Source of the DNA: Diadema antillarum
Lineage: Eukaryota
Assembly: GCF_040938485.1 (NCBI RefSeq)
Contig: NW_027271528.1
Coordinates: 1,488,001-1,552,000, forward strand
Length of the DNA stretch: 64,000 nucleotides
Direction: 5' to 3'
Of this stretch, positions 12,438-24,800 are shown in pieces (position 1 is the first letter of the stretch; every line of letters starts with the position of its first letter). The notes under the pieces are model-generated. The model did no database searches. It saw only the letters and a program-made list of their open reading frames with translations, and was not told the DNA's origin. Made by a program: the position numbers and the translations under genes.

Positions 12438-12726
12438 AGACGCCGGAACTAGAAGAACTCTCTAGAGACCTGGAAGACGAATACCAATGTACGCTCTTAG
12501 ATGACTAAGATGACTAAGATGGGAAACTATGGAAATAGCTAAGAGTTAACCCCCCCCCCCCCCCATACTTTGCCAGATGAATGGTCCCTAATAGAAGATA
12601 TTATAACTCCTCGGACTTAGACGCCGGAAAAATCCAAGAAGACGTGGTACTATAGGAACTTACAGATATTAGACGCCGGAATGCTCCGATGAATAGACGC
12701 CGGAATGCTACATGAGACGCCGGATA
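12438..12726 (+). repeat. Five dispersed copies of AGACGCCGGA(A) upstream of the Gypsy gag
   Basis: Motif at ~12438, ~12619, ~12671, ~12695 and ~12715, with a TATAAATA at ~12394. Confidence 0.7.
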
Positions 12727-13588
12727 AAATTCTGGAGTCCAGTCCATAAATATTAGATGCCATAACTTTCCCCCAATAGACACTTATAAAGATTTCGCCA
12801 TTTAGTGTATCCATTTACTTGGCTAAGTTCGGCTTCTCTTAGAAATTCTATCAAGTTTACTCAATAATTCCTCTGGGCTAATATTATATCAATTATAAAT
12901 TTCCGGGCTTATAAAAAGCTATAAGTTTGATTTGTAACAGTGGCGCATTACATATGTTGTACATTCTGTGAATAAAGTGTACATTTTTGTGTTTGTGTTG
13001 AAACTGAAATCTTAGTCACAGACCTTGAATGATTATGTGTTATGATTTTGTGTCCCATACTCAAGTTTGTTATTGGATTTATACTAATTCAACTCGAACT
13101 AGTATAAATCACATTCATTGAAGTATACTCAGATAACAGTCCACTTAATAAGTACTGAGTAGCCAAGTACCTCGATGCATCAAGATCATATATTTTGATC
13201 GAAACAAACTTATTCATTTGGTGGATAGTGCCCTCTGTCATATTACGAGAATTAGCTTCAAAGATTAGTTAAAGTCTTTCCGCTCGGGACTTAACAATCG
13301 TACACACGGCCTGATCAAACGATGAATCCTGACAAACGACAACACAAGACAGAACATGATACAACGCTGGCCAAAGATGGTATACTAGTAGGCTCCACTT
13401 CCGATCCTCCAATAACGATGAACGAGGAGAACAACAACGCTGATGACAAAGTAGAAGGTAGAGGGGGCCGCCACAATACATTAAATAAGTGCGCCTCTCA
13501 ACTGATATATGCAGGCTAAGTTCTTGCATCGTATTGTTGTTGTTGTTGTTGTTTATAGTCAGATATTTCGATTTAGTCCATATTCATT

Positions 13589-14905
13589 GTGGCAATGAGC
13601 AATATGGCAAACATGTGGGGCGACTGTACGGTGTATGTTAAGAATCTCCCAGAGAAATGTAGTGACAATAATCTGAATGATTTCTTTAATTTGGAAGAAG
13701 TGGAGATTTCCTTTGAGAAAGACTCTCTGATGGGTGAGATGACTGGGTCTGCACACTGCAACTTTAAAACTGCAGAGGATGCAACCAAGGCACTTGCCCA
13801 AAACGGCAAAGAACTTAAAGGAAGGAAAGTAGAAATTATGTGAGGTACCCTTTTCAGCCCTATTCTTAAAAGCAACATCCCAATCAATCCCCTAAAATGT
13901 CCTGTCCCTTAGTCCAAGCACTGCCCCCTTAATCCTCCAGAACAGTGCACGGCTACCAAATTTTTCGGGAGACAAGAGAAAGGGGAGGATTGGACGTCAC
14001 ATTTGAAATGTGAAGGTACGAGGTCGAGTGCCTCCAGAAGGACCAGGACAATATTTCCTTGGGGTTAATTGTGAGGAAATCATTACGTGGTGTGATGAAG
14101 CAGGTCAGATCGTCCTCCACATGGGACCTGATGCCTCGGTAGACGAGATTATAACAGAACTAGAGGGACTTTACGGGACTGTGGAATCAGGTGCTGTCCT
14201 CCTTCAGAAGCTATATGACTCAAAACAGGGAGAAGATTAGAACATTGCAAGCTTTTGTGCCCACTGGCAAATCTCGTTTGATAAGGGGGTTTGGGGTTTA
14301 GACACATATAAGGCTTTGAAGAGCACTCACTGTAAGATGACTACTGCAATGAGAGAGCAGTGTCCTGACTCAAAATATTGTGTAAACACATATGAGGCTT
14401 TGAAGAGCACTCACTGTAAGATGACTACTGCAATGAGAGAGCAGTGTCCTGATTCAAAATATTGTCTAAACACATATAAGGCTTTGAAGAGCACTCACTG
14501 TAAGATGACTACTGCAATGAGAGAGCAGTGTCCCGACTCAAAATATTGTCTAAACACAATTGTTGTTCTTCTAAATAAAAAGGCCAGTCATTTGAAGTCA
14601 ACAGGAGAGCTATACCCCACAACCAACCACACACCCCACTCAACCACAAAATCTAAACTGCTGGAGGTGTGGGCAATTTTGCCACTTCCGGTCCAACTGC
14701 CCCCAAAGCAACATACCCCACCAAGAGGACGTCATGAGTGGAAGGACGGACGCCCTTCATCAGGTCCGGAATTTAAACTGGGCAGGCCCGCGCCGGATGT
14801 AGGCGAGTGCGCGGGCAAATAGGACAACCCAATTAAACCCCGCCCCCCTCATCAAAGTTTCCCGATAATTGGCCCCACCAATACGGACAGGGTACTCATT
14901 ATACT
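13589..14905 (+). mobile_element. Decayed Gypsy/Metaviridae LTR retrotransposon gag (RRM + PNMA-like capsid + CCHC knuckle) and start of pol protease
   Basis: RRM: TVYVKNLPEKCS..TGSAHCNFKTAEDATKALAQNGKELKGRKVEI (13589-13843). Capsid-like: RLPNFSGDK..HMGPDASVDEIITELEGLYGTVESGAVLLQKLYDSKQGED (~13950-14240). Knuckle: NLNCWRCGQFCHFRSNCP (~14656-14705). PIIGPTNTDRVLI (~14862-14900) resembles the pre-protease segment. Stops and frameshifts are present. A candidate LTR end/PBS (TGTAACA-GTGGCGC) lies at ~12932-12946 (weak). Confidence 0.75.
14298..14558 (+). repeat. 84-bp minisatellite, three tandem copies, interrupting the gag relic
   Basis: Units start at 14311, 14395 and 14479. They create the repeat KSTHCKMTTAMREQCPDSKYC(V/L)NTY(E/K)AL in ORF 14316-14822. 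Confidence 0.9.
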
Positions 14906-14929
14906 CTAGCCACAAGGCGCATCGCCCAA

Positions 14930-15190
14930 AAATTATATGAGCCTTTGAACATGCTGTGGATTGATGAACATCCCAAAGCCAATGACAGGGCTGCGTTTAC
15001 AAAAAATGCTGTGACTGTTGGTGAGAAAGTGAGTGAATTGGCAACTGAAAGCATGAAAAATGCTGCAAATTTTGCTGTCAAAACAACAGGTTCTAAAGAC
15101 TTGACTGTAACAAGTGATGGAGCACGGTCACGCCATGGATTTGTATCCAACTTTGGTATAGTGGCCGCCATGTCAAAATGTACAGTGTAT
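14930..15190 (+). pseudogene. Mutator-like (MULE) transposase fragment
   Basis: PLNM..AFTKNAVTVGEKVSELATESMKNAA..LTVTSDGARSRHGFVSNFGIVAAMSKCT fits the A-x-ESM-x-x-AA..VS-x-DG-x-W-x-(K/R)RG(F)-x-S-x-x-G pattern around the first catalytic Asp. Confidence 0.6.
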
Positions 15191-15584
15191 ACAGTATATT
15201 TCATGATGAAAGACAAGCATATATCAATCCATGTCTTGAGTTGCATTGTCAATGACAATTAAATTTTAACTCCAGTACACATCTATACAGCCTCCCTTAC
15301 ACTAGCAAATTAAAGTATTAAAGCCTCAGCCTGGACGTTAACTGTAATTTCATGACAAAAATTCATGACATCAATTCAACGACCTATACATTGCTGAAAA
15401 CATATTTCATTGCGAAGGAAAAATCTTGCATTGTTCCCCCATTGAGTATGCATATCCTGTAAGTATTGTGACACAATTGTACGATGCACAGCCTCTCTAA
15501 AATGCCTAATAAAAATGATTTGTCAAATTCATGTCTGGCATTTTACTTACATCATCCATTATGAGTTCTATCTTTGGTATATAC

Positions 15585-15590
15585 TTTATT
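15585..15590 (-). terminator. Candidate polyadenylation signal of the phosphatidyltransferase gene
   Basis: AATAAA on the - strand about 265 nt downstream of the stop codon. Confidence 0.45.
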
Positions 15591-15853
15591 CCTTTGGTTC
15601 ATCACTGGGGAACACAGTTGAAAGGCATCCCAGCTTTCTTAGATTATTGCATTACATCATGCTGTGAAATCACTGTGCCAGAGGGAAAGTCCCCAAACTG
15701 GTCAAGAGTCATCTCTGGAGACCATGGCTGGACAACCGGGGAAGGATTGACACTTCTAGTACTGTGTGGATGGCTGGCATCCCAAAGTCCACTGACCATT
15801 TGACTGACCGCTGCTCCGATGCACAAATACACTATGGCTTCGCACTGCTCTAT

Positions 15854-18800
15854 TCACTTCTCATTCTCTTTGGCCAGACACATGATGTGGGCGTAGATGA
15901 AGAAAACCTGCCACAAAGATAGAAACCATGACATCCATTACAATGCATAAAATCAAACACCTCATGATAGAGATACTCTTTTGGGAAATACTTTGTGGTG
16001 TGGAAATTCTAACAACTTTCACACTCTACAAAACTATCATGGGAGGAACAATATACAAATAGTACAGAAGTTATTCATTACATCATGTAAAAAGAAAAAT
16101 CTCTTTTTCACATACACACCATGTATAAAGATATTCTATAGAATGGGAGGGTACAACTCGTACTTTCAAGTTTTAAATCCAAATGTTTCAGTCAAATAAT
16201 CACAGCTTTGTCTTTACTGTCATTCACATATTAACCACCAAGTTTTGAAAATCTAGAATGCATACAGTATGGGATCTCATGTCTAGCATCTTTACAACAG
16301 GTATTCAAAACTCCGTGCAGCAAGTAATGTCACCCTTCTGGGCCTTGTTTTATCAAAAGATATAATCGATTATAAATTTCCTCACCACACAGGCTGCACC
16401 CCGGCAATTATCCGCATTATTTGGGTTTGCGTTCATAAACTCCAAATCTGGTCCCGATGCTGCTATTATGCGGATAATAGAAGGGTAGAAAAAAGCATAT
16501 TATTCTTCCCCCGCTCCGATTTTACGACCAAATGATGCGGATATTATCCGCATTATTGAGTTTATGAAAGGGGTATAAGCCATGCAAGCCTTTCCACTCC
16601 ATGTATCCCTATACCAACAGGTCTTTAAAGGAAATCAAAACCTAAAGAGAAATGTGGATTGAGTGAAAGCAGCAATATTAGTAGAACACATATCTGTGAA
16701 AGTTTGAGGAAAATTGGACAATCGATGCAAAAGTTATGAATTTGTAAAGTTTTGGTGTTGGAACCACTGGATGAGGAGACTACTACAGGTTACGATGTCA
16801 AGTGTGGACAACAATATAAAGAAAATATAAAAGGAATTCCACACACAAATTCACTTTTCTAGCATAATGAAAGAGCACTTGACTAACAGCTTTCAGAAAG
16901 CAGGGGGAATTATTGCTACCCTCAACATATGTCAGTATCAAGTTGATGGAATGCGTAATTCTCATGAAAAATGAGTTTTTGTGGAGTTCTCTTTTGTATT
17001 TTCTTCATCACATTGCCCACATATAACATCATAACCTCTAATAGTCTCCTCATCCAGCGGATCCAACACCAAAACTTTAAAATTCATAACTTTTGTATCG
17101 ATTGTCCGATTTTCCTCTAACTTTCACAGATGTGTTTTACTAATATTGCTGCTTTCACTCAAATCCACATTTCTCTTTGGGTTTTGGATTCCTATAAACC
17201 ATCAAAAGCTGCTCTTTTGACAATTCTTGAGTAAACACGCCCATATAAGTTTTCTCCCTCATCATCTCCCATCTTCAAGTAAAATCAACCCACCTCAACT
17301 GAGAAGCACAGTGCCCTCCCAGCACTCAAGAAGCCTATCCCTGCATACTGTACAACCAGCGGCACATGGAGGGTCTTCCCTAGAACTCCGGTGTAGTGGG
17401 CGTAGAGCCAGAGGGGCAGCACAAACAGACCAAGGATTGCAAACGTCCCTGGTAATGTCTTAAAATCTGCAACACAAAAATAAAACGTGAGATGTTCTAT
17501 AAGGAAAACCAGCATTTAACATGGTCCAAACCCATGTGATTGATTTTTCAAACTCACCTCACATATAAGCAAAGGAGTTACTGGCCAAAAATAGACTGCA
17601 CATGTAGGATAAGAGTATTGGATTGAGGATCAGGGAAAAGATACAAATGTGATTGTACGGTTTATTACCTCCGCCAAGGGAGGAGGTTATGTTTTTATCG
17701 ACGTTTGTTTGTTTGTCTACTGGAAAATAACTAAAAAAAGTTGTGAACAAATTTCTATGAAACTTGCAGGAAAAGTTGATAATTAGGCAAGGAACAGATG
17801 ATTAAAGTTTGGCTGTGATTTGGGGATTTTTATGAATTTTTGAAGGATTTTTAATCTTTTGGCAGATATGTTCAATGAACTCGGGGAGTTCAAGCTGCTT
17901 GTATTTGAGGTTTGCATATGTGCACAACAGTGCATGCTCTGTTCAGAAGAGGCACCGCACAGCTGGATGCTGATGATGTAAACAAAAGGCTTCTATATTG
18001 GGAAATTGGGCGATTTTCAGCATGAGTGTATGGGTGGAAATGAGCTGCTTGGAAGAGGTCCACGCTCTCCGAAAGCTTTTCTAGTCTTTGGGTCAAATCA
18101 AAGTTGTGGATCTTGAAGTTTACTACAAGTCATGGGTCTTCAAAGAACTGGCCAGTACACCATATGGCTGGATAAAACAGAGTGAATCTAGTGATTTTAG
18201 CATAAACTTTTATTCTGATTCCATAGGAGAGATTTGTTATTACATACCACTGTAATACACAGAATATCACTACTATTTTTGTATTTGAAAGACAACAGTG
18301 AGTCTTATCATAGAAAGAAAAGAGGATCATCGGTGACACAAAATGACTGTACAAATATTTCCCGTTTCCACAACCCATGTTTCCAGTGGTGTCAAGTCTT
18401 GAAAAGAAAAGCAAGAAAAAACTAGAAATGTCGCTATGGCGACTGGTATGCCTCCGCCATAATGCATGGTTCTCCTAATAGGTCTATAGTACATGTGGAC
18501 AATGTGTGATTACATTTTCACAAAATTGGCAAAATATTAAAATGACATGTTTGTCACAAATGTATTGAATGTTTACCTTCCTTGACCTATGTTCAATTGG
18601 ATGAATAAGAGAGCATGTATTTGGGGATTTAAGAACTTTAACTTGACTTTGACCATTTCATAAGTTTATGCACTGAGTAATTTTCAAGGTATGGAGAAAA
18701 AGCGCAATTTCTGTATTGAACAGTAAATTGTTATCATTTTCATCTGGCCTTTGATTCATAAGAGAATCACTGTCAGGCAGAACATACATAAATTCAGCAT

Positions 18801-21800
18801 GTACTAAGTTTCAAGATAACTTGAGCCACTTCCGAGATATGGAGAAAGAAGTAAGTTCAGCACTTTCACTTGATCTTTGACCTTTTGACCTTTGACCTTC
18901 TTGGCAAAAAAAAAATCCCAGAGAATCTCTATTGGGTTATACATGCATACATCAAGTTTTAAAACAAACAATCCTGCTGGCATTGCATAAATATAAGGAA
19001 AATAATAAAATTTTGAAGTATTACCCTTGACCTTTGACCCCTGACCTTTGACCCCATGAACCCTAATTTCCCTAGATAACCACTGCCAGTCAGTAGATGC
19101 ATATATACTATGTTCCATGAAGATACATTGAACAATTTCCAAGATACAGAGAAAAAAGTGAAATTTTAACATTTTACTTGACCTTTTGACCTTTGACCTT
19201 TTGACCTCATGACCCCAAACTTTCACCAGAGAATCTTAATTGGGTAGTACATGTATACACTAAGTTTCAAGAAAATATCTTCCGGCATTGCATAGATATG
19301 GGGGAAATAGTAAAATTTTAAGCATTTGACCTTGACCTTTTGACCTTTGACCTTGAGCATGTGCACCCAAAAGTTGATAGGCACAACTTCACCCCCTAAT
19401 ACACATACATGCCAAGTTTCATTAGGATACCTCAAAAGGATTTGGTAGTTACAATGTCCACAAAATTCATTACGGACGGACGGAAGGACGGAAAGACGGA
19501 CGGACGGACGGACGGACGGACAACCCGAAAACATAATGCCTCCGGCACCACTTCGTGGCGGAGGCATAAAAATAATGCATCTGGCGACACTTCGTAGCGG
19601 ACGCATAAAAATACAATGTGACCTCGAAAAAAGCATATAATGACAGCTGATATTTTTTCTTCTTTTTTTTTGTCCAGATGTACAACAGTAAATGGACTTA
19701 AGGTTTGAGAAAATCAGGACTGTGCAGACAAAAATGAAAATTCATGTAAAATTTGACACCTAAATTACGCCACTTTAGCTTTAAACTATAATAAAATATT
19801 TGAATCTGAAATATCACAATGATTATTTTTATTTTGACATTGATAGGTAGTGTAGCTATGTAGAAGAAAACAGGAAAACAAAAGGGCAAATGAATTAAAG
19901 GACAATATTAAGTACGAGCTAAACCTCATAGCATTTGGAAGAAGATTTGAGAATACAAAACACTTCATGGTACAATATGAGAGAAGTAATGACCAGTACA
20001 GTGGCAATACAACTTAAGAAAGCCTTACTTTTTTCCATGACTTTCTGGACAAACCATGGCGCCTGGACTGTGGACGACTTCCACTGAGAACCCAGATTGT
20101 GTGTGCAGACAAAGACAAGCCACTCCAGCGCAGCGAAGAAGTAGCCCCACTGGTCCAAGCAGATTCAAATAAATATGAGACTGCACACTGGCATACAATC
20201 TCAGAGGATAGTAACAAAGTTACAAGATACACACATGGTATACTATCTGACAAAACAAACTCTTTTCATTACTCATAATGGAAAACATTCAGGTTCTCTT
20301 TTTTCATGTTTTTTTCTCTTTTTTTTTTTGGGGGGGGGGGGTTGTGAGGGGGCGGCTTCTGATATGATGCAAAAACTGATGGTAACAATATTTTCCCTTC
20401 TCCACAGATTATTTTATACCAGATTTACATTTGTTCTGTAAATCTGATATTTCAACAGTCACATATTTTCCCTACTTTTTCAACTTTGCTCAGTTTCTAC
20501 AGATTGGGATTTCTTTCTCATTTTGTCAAAAATGAAATTTGCTTTCATGCAAATACAATGTTCAGCAACAGTTACAATTTTCTCAATGTTTTCCTGGTTT
20601 TGTTCAACCCTACTGTAGCCCTCTTAACTTACAATAACTTCTTCATCAGATATTTACCTCCCCCCTTTTTTTTGGGGGGGGGGGGGGGGGGGAGGGGGGA
20701 CATGACATCAAGCAAATGATAAAAATGCGGTTTTGGGTAAACCAAGTGTATCTGTCTACATTTCCAATCTGTACCCAAAGCGGATATTAAAGCAAGTGCG
20801 GTGTCTCTCTTTAATGCTTAACCCTCGGCCTTCTCACTCACAATCTCATAACATCCTTGATTTTGTATTTTCTGTAAACAATACTTCGTAAATATTGAAA
20901 TATACGTAGTACATACTTTATATTTAAATAATCAGGTACACAATAAATCTACAACATTAGGAAAATCCTTTCAAAATTGAACAGGAAATCCGATATTTTC
21001 CGTGTACAATTAATTCTGCATCTGAACATCTAGATTTTTTTTTCTCTTTTTTTTTTTTCCTTTGTGTACAAAAGACCTTACATCTCCTAGCGTACCATAT
21101 TTCATTCAATATATGTATCCATGCACAAAAATTATTTCTCTTTGTTTTTGTTTGTGGAAAACGTTATTCAAAGACTTACCTGGTATAACCGACACCACAG
21201 CATACCCCTGCCCAGATTGTCAATGACCACATCAAACTGAAAAACAAATGCATAGGGACAGACAATGTTACACAGATTGTACAAATTGCTACTGAGAGCA
21301 GCGACAATAACCAGGTATGACATTAAATTGGTGCATCTTGACAGTTAAGCTTGAAGTTGCTTTGTGGTGAAGAGGGTACCTTACATTTAAAAACATGTGC
21401 GTGAAAGTCTCACATGTACAATGTATATGCCTGTAGGTAATATCTTTAAAAGCAAATAATTAGAATCCAGTGGACATTTTGAGCACACCCCTATATCTTA
21501 ATGACAAAAATTGAGATTATAGACACAGGAAAACTTATTTTAGGAATGAGGAATTCTGGAATACCATAATTAACCAGCTGGCAAAAGTTCAATACTAGTC
21601 CCGAGTTTACTCGGGCTGGTGTCTATGGGAAATATGTGTTAAATAACAAAATCACCTCATCCTCAACGGGTTAAACAGGAGGAGCCCCATTCACATTTCC
21701 TGACAGACGGAAAATGGGTTTTAGTAGCCAAGGACACACATACAGGCTTTGAGTATCCCTACTAGAGCTAATCCAGATGAACTTACCCATGCACCGAATG

Positions 21801-24800
21801 CAGATGTTTGCTTCAGTTTTCTTGCTACCGCCCCATCCACTCCTGTTGGGAAGAAACCCCAAAATATGAACAAAATAGTTGATAACAACATTCTGCTGAT
21901 AATCATGGTGATTATGATGACAATGATGATGGTAATAATACTAATAATGATACTGATGATTATGATAATAATGATAATAATTATACTAAGAAGAAGTAGA
22001 ATGCAATATTAGTAAAGTTCATCATAATCATCTGGATAGTGACAAAGTTTTGAACAAAATAGTATCATTCATTCATCTGTTTTCAGACAAATGTGATTTT
22101 GAATACTGCAAGCTGTCCAATTCTATCAAAAAAATGGATGAGTTTTATTGCAGAATACAATTTGTAACTCATAACAAATTGTAAGCAATAACTCCAACCT
22201 CTTACATACTATTTCACTTGCTAATTTGTCACAAATGATAAATAGATAGAAGTCACTTGCTTAAAAAAAAATAAGAAAGATAAACACAGACCTTCACTAA
22301 ATCATTCAGTTTGTCATTGGGATGTAATTGCAACCATATTTATTTTATCAAAATACACAATGCCTGGCAACTCTCACCCTTTTTAATAATGTCCTTCACA
22401 AGTTATGCTCCTGTAAAAACAGGAACATAAGAAGTAATGTACACACCATATATGTCATGAGTCTAAAGTTTTACGAATCGGGACTTCCCAACAATTTCGC
22501 GAGTGGTTAAATTCGCAATTGTGGAGTCCTATACTGAACGGGGAAATGTTAACGCATACGTCACATAAGTCATATGACATAAGAGTCAATATTTTTGCGT
22601 GTTTTCAATTTTGGAAATAGCAGCTGACTCGCAAAATTCGTGAAAATAAAAACCTCGCGAAATATTTGGCCTTTACAGTAACTCACCATCCAGTATGGTC
22701 TGGCACATATAGAGGGTAATGAAGAGGATGGCATTACTGGAGTAGAAGAAGCAGCTACTGAATACAAGCAACAGTCGGACATACCCTGTGTGGACAAAAG
22801 AGAATGCAACGTTCATCAGATCTCTAGAATCTGAATACTGTTTCCAATAATTCTATTGATATACGAGTGGCAAGTTCTAAACAAGGGACTTTTCCAGTTT
22901 ATACATCTACAGTAACCAGAGCAGAGCGGGCCCTGAAAAATTCGAACGAGACGTTAGTTTGACTTGACGCAGTACCGCGAGAATAAACATGTATTGTACG
23001 AAACCATTATTGCATGATTACTCAGACATGAGAGCACTTTGGGGCGAGTAAGTCTCACAGTGTTAGTTATATGAAAGGTACTTTTACCTGAAACACAAAC
23101 TAAGACAAGGAAATTCAGGGAAACTTTTGAGGTACCAAAACTTTAAATTATCTTTAAATATTCTTATCAGGCAGATAGACGTCCATACACTATAATACAG
23201 TTAGAGAAGTAGTCAATATATTAAATACAAGATAATAACAATGGAATTATTCTGTAAACATTTAATGACAATGACAAAGTAGGTGGTGATTAGGCTAACA
23301 GGGAAACGAGTGGCATACCAAACTTTTTGGAAAGAGTTCCTTATGTCGCCCTCCCCCACTAAATTTGCACAAAATATATAAATTACTTTTTTTTTTTTTA
23401 CTAATATTAACGTTAGTAATTTTATAGAAATAAACAAATAAGTTAAAGGATATGCTAAAACTCTAGGGTTTGTATGTCTCAAAAGGAAGTCTTCCCATAA
23501 ATGGCATATAACCTTTATTTAGTTTATTATTAGTAAAAAAAAAAAAAAGTAATTTAGTGGGGGGTGGGGGCATAAGGAGGCATACTCGTGAAATAGGCCC
23601 AACCACTGCGTGTCCGTACTAATACTCCGGCAGCTCGCCTATTTATACTTGTGAATTTAGCTCCACCGTGTGGCATTCATCAGTAGGTAAGCACGGCGGT
23701 GGGGCTTCCTTCCACAGTATCACTCATGAATGCGGTCCCACCAAACGGCGTTTACGCGAAATTGATGCAGCGGTGGGGCCGATTTCTTCTTCTTCTTCTG
23801 ATTAAGTCTGCCTCCTTCAATAGACTGAAGATACTTGCAGACTGGTGCTATTTACATTATAATACAATTTATTTACAGATATTTACAAGTGTGACTGCCT
23901 CCAGGACAACTCGCACCATGGAGGAGTTTCCACTGTTCATTCAAACAACCCTCCTTAGTTGTTATTCACAAGGTCAAATATGAAGCAAGGTGACATCCGG
24001 TTACCGTGACAAATACTTGTTTATTACGCTAACACACTGATGTTTCCAATATGAAATTCCAGTCAACTCTTCAGTTACGGACTTCCAGTTACTGAGCTTC
24101 ACTTTAGTTAACGACCTTCGGTTCATATGCACCTTCAGTTCATAATGGACCTTCAGTCATACGGACCTTCAGTTCATAACAGACCTTCAGATAACAATCT
24201 GAACTGTAATACACAAAATCAAAGTTTTAAACTTACGTTTGAAATATACATGAATGGCTTCATGAGACATTACATGATTTAACACCATTTTAGCTCATTT
24301 AAAGTCTAATAACATAATCTACCAATAATCTATATCACTAACTTAATGATACATATCATCGTTCACTTTACTCACCAATCATAAACCAAACTTATCCATA
24401 TTTTATGGTTTTCTGAATTAACTGTTATATAATCAACTAAATCCTCAACTATTTATATTATTTATTTACTTTATTAAAATCTAATTCCAATATTATCCAA
24501 AATCTAATTCACTTTTAAACTTTCATAACTTCAATCATATTTCAACTTATCATTAAAGTTATTATTACATAAATCAACACTGAAATTCTCAAACTTTTCC
24601 TTATGTATCACTGTCCATAACAGAGTACACAAAATAAACTTATTCTATGAACTCAAAATTATTAACTATTACTAATTACTGTATTAAAACCTTAATTATA
24701 ACTTCATAAAACTGTAACATAAAACCTAACAATTATAAACACTATACACCAGCTAACAACTTGTCAACTAATGTCAAAACTAATTTGATTACGTTAAGTT

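Noticed and set aside
13589-13843. Host RNA-binding protein gene
   Set aside because: Intronless, and followed directly by PNMA-like capsid and CCHC remnants; better explained as gag.
9989-14558. 84-bp repeats as the two flanks of a 4.2-kb composite insertion
   Set aside because: Gag sequence (zinc knuckle, protease start) resumes after the triple, so the repeat lies inside the retroelement rather than bounding it.
14316-14822. Cys/His-rich repeat protein or micro-exon array
   Set aside because: The ORF starts at TTG and is a by-product of an 84-bp (multiple of 3) minisatellite. The minus-strand splice-like sites would leave ~50-nt introns, probably too short.
21749-22012. Ile/Met-rich membrane ORF
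   Set aside because: Translation of an (ATR)n microsatellite, partly antisense to a real exon.
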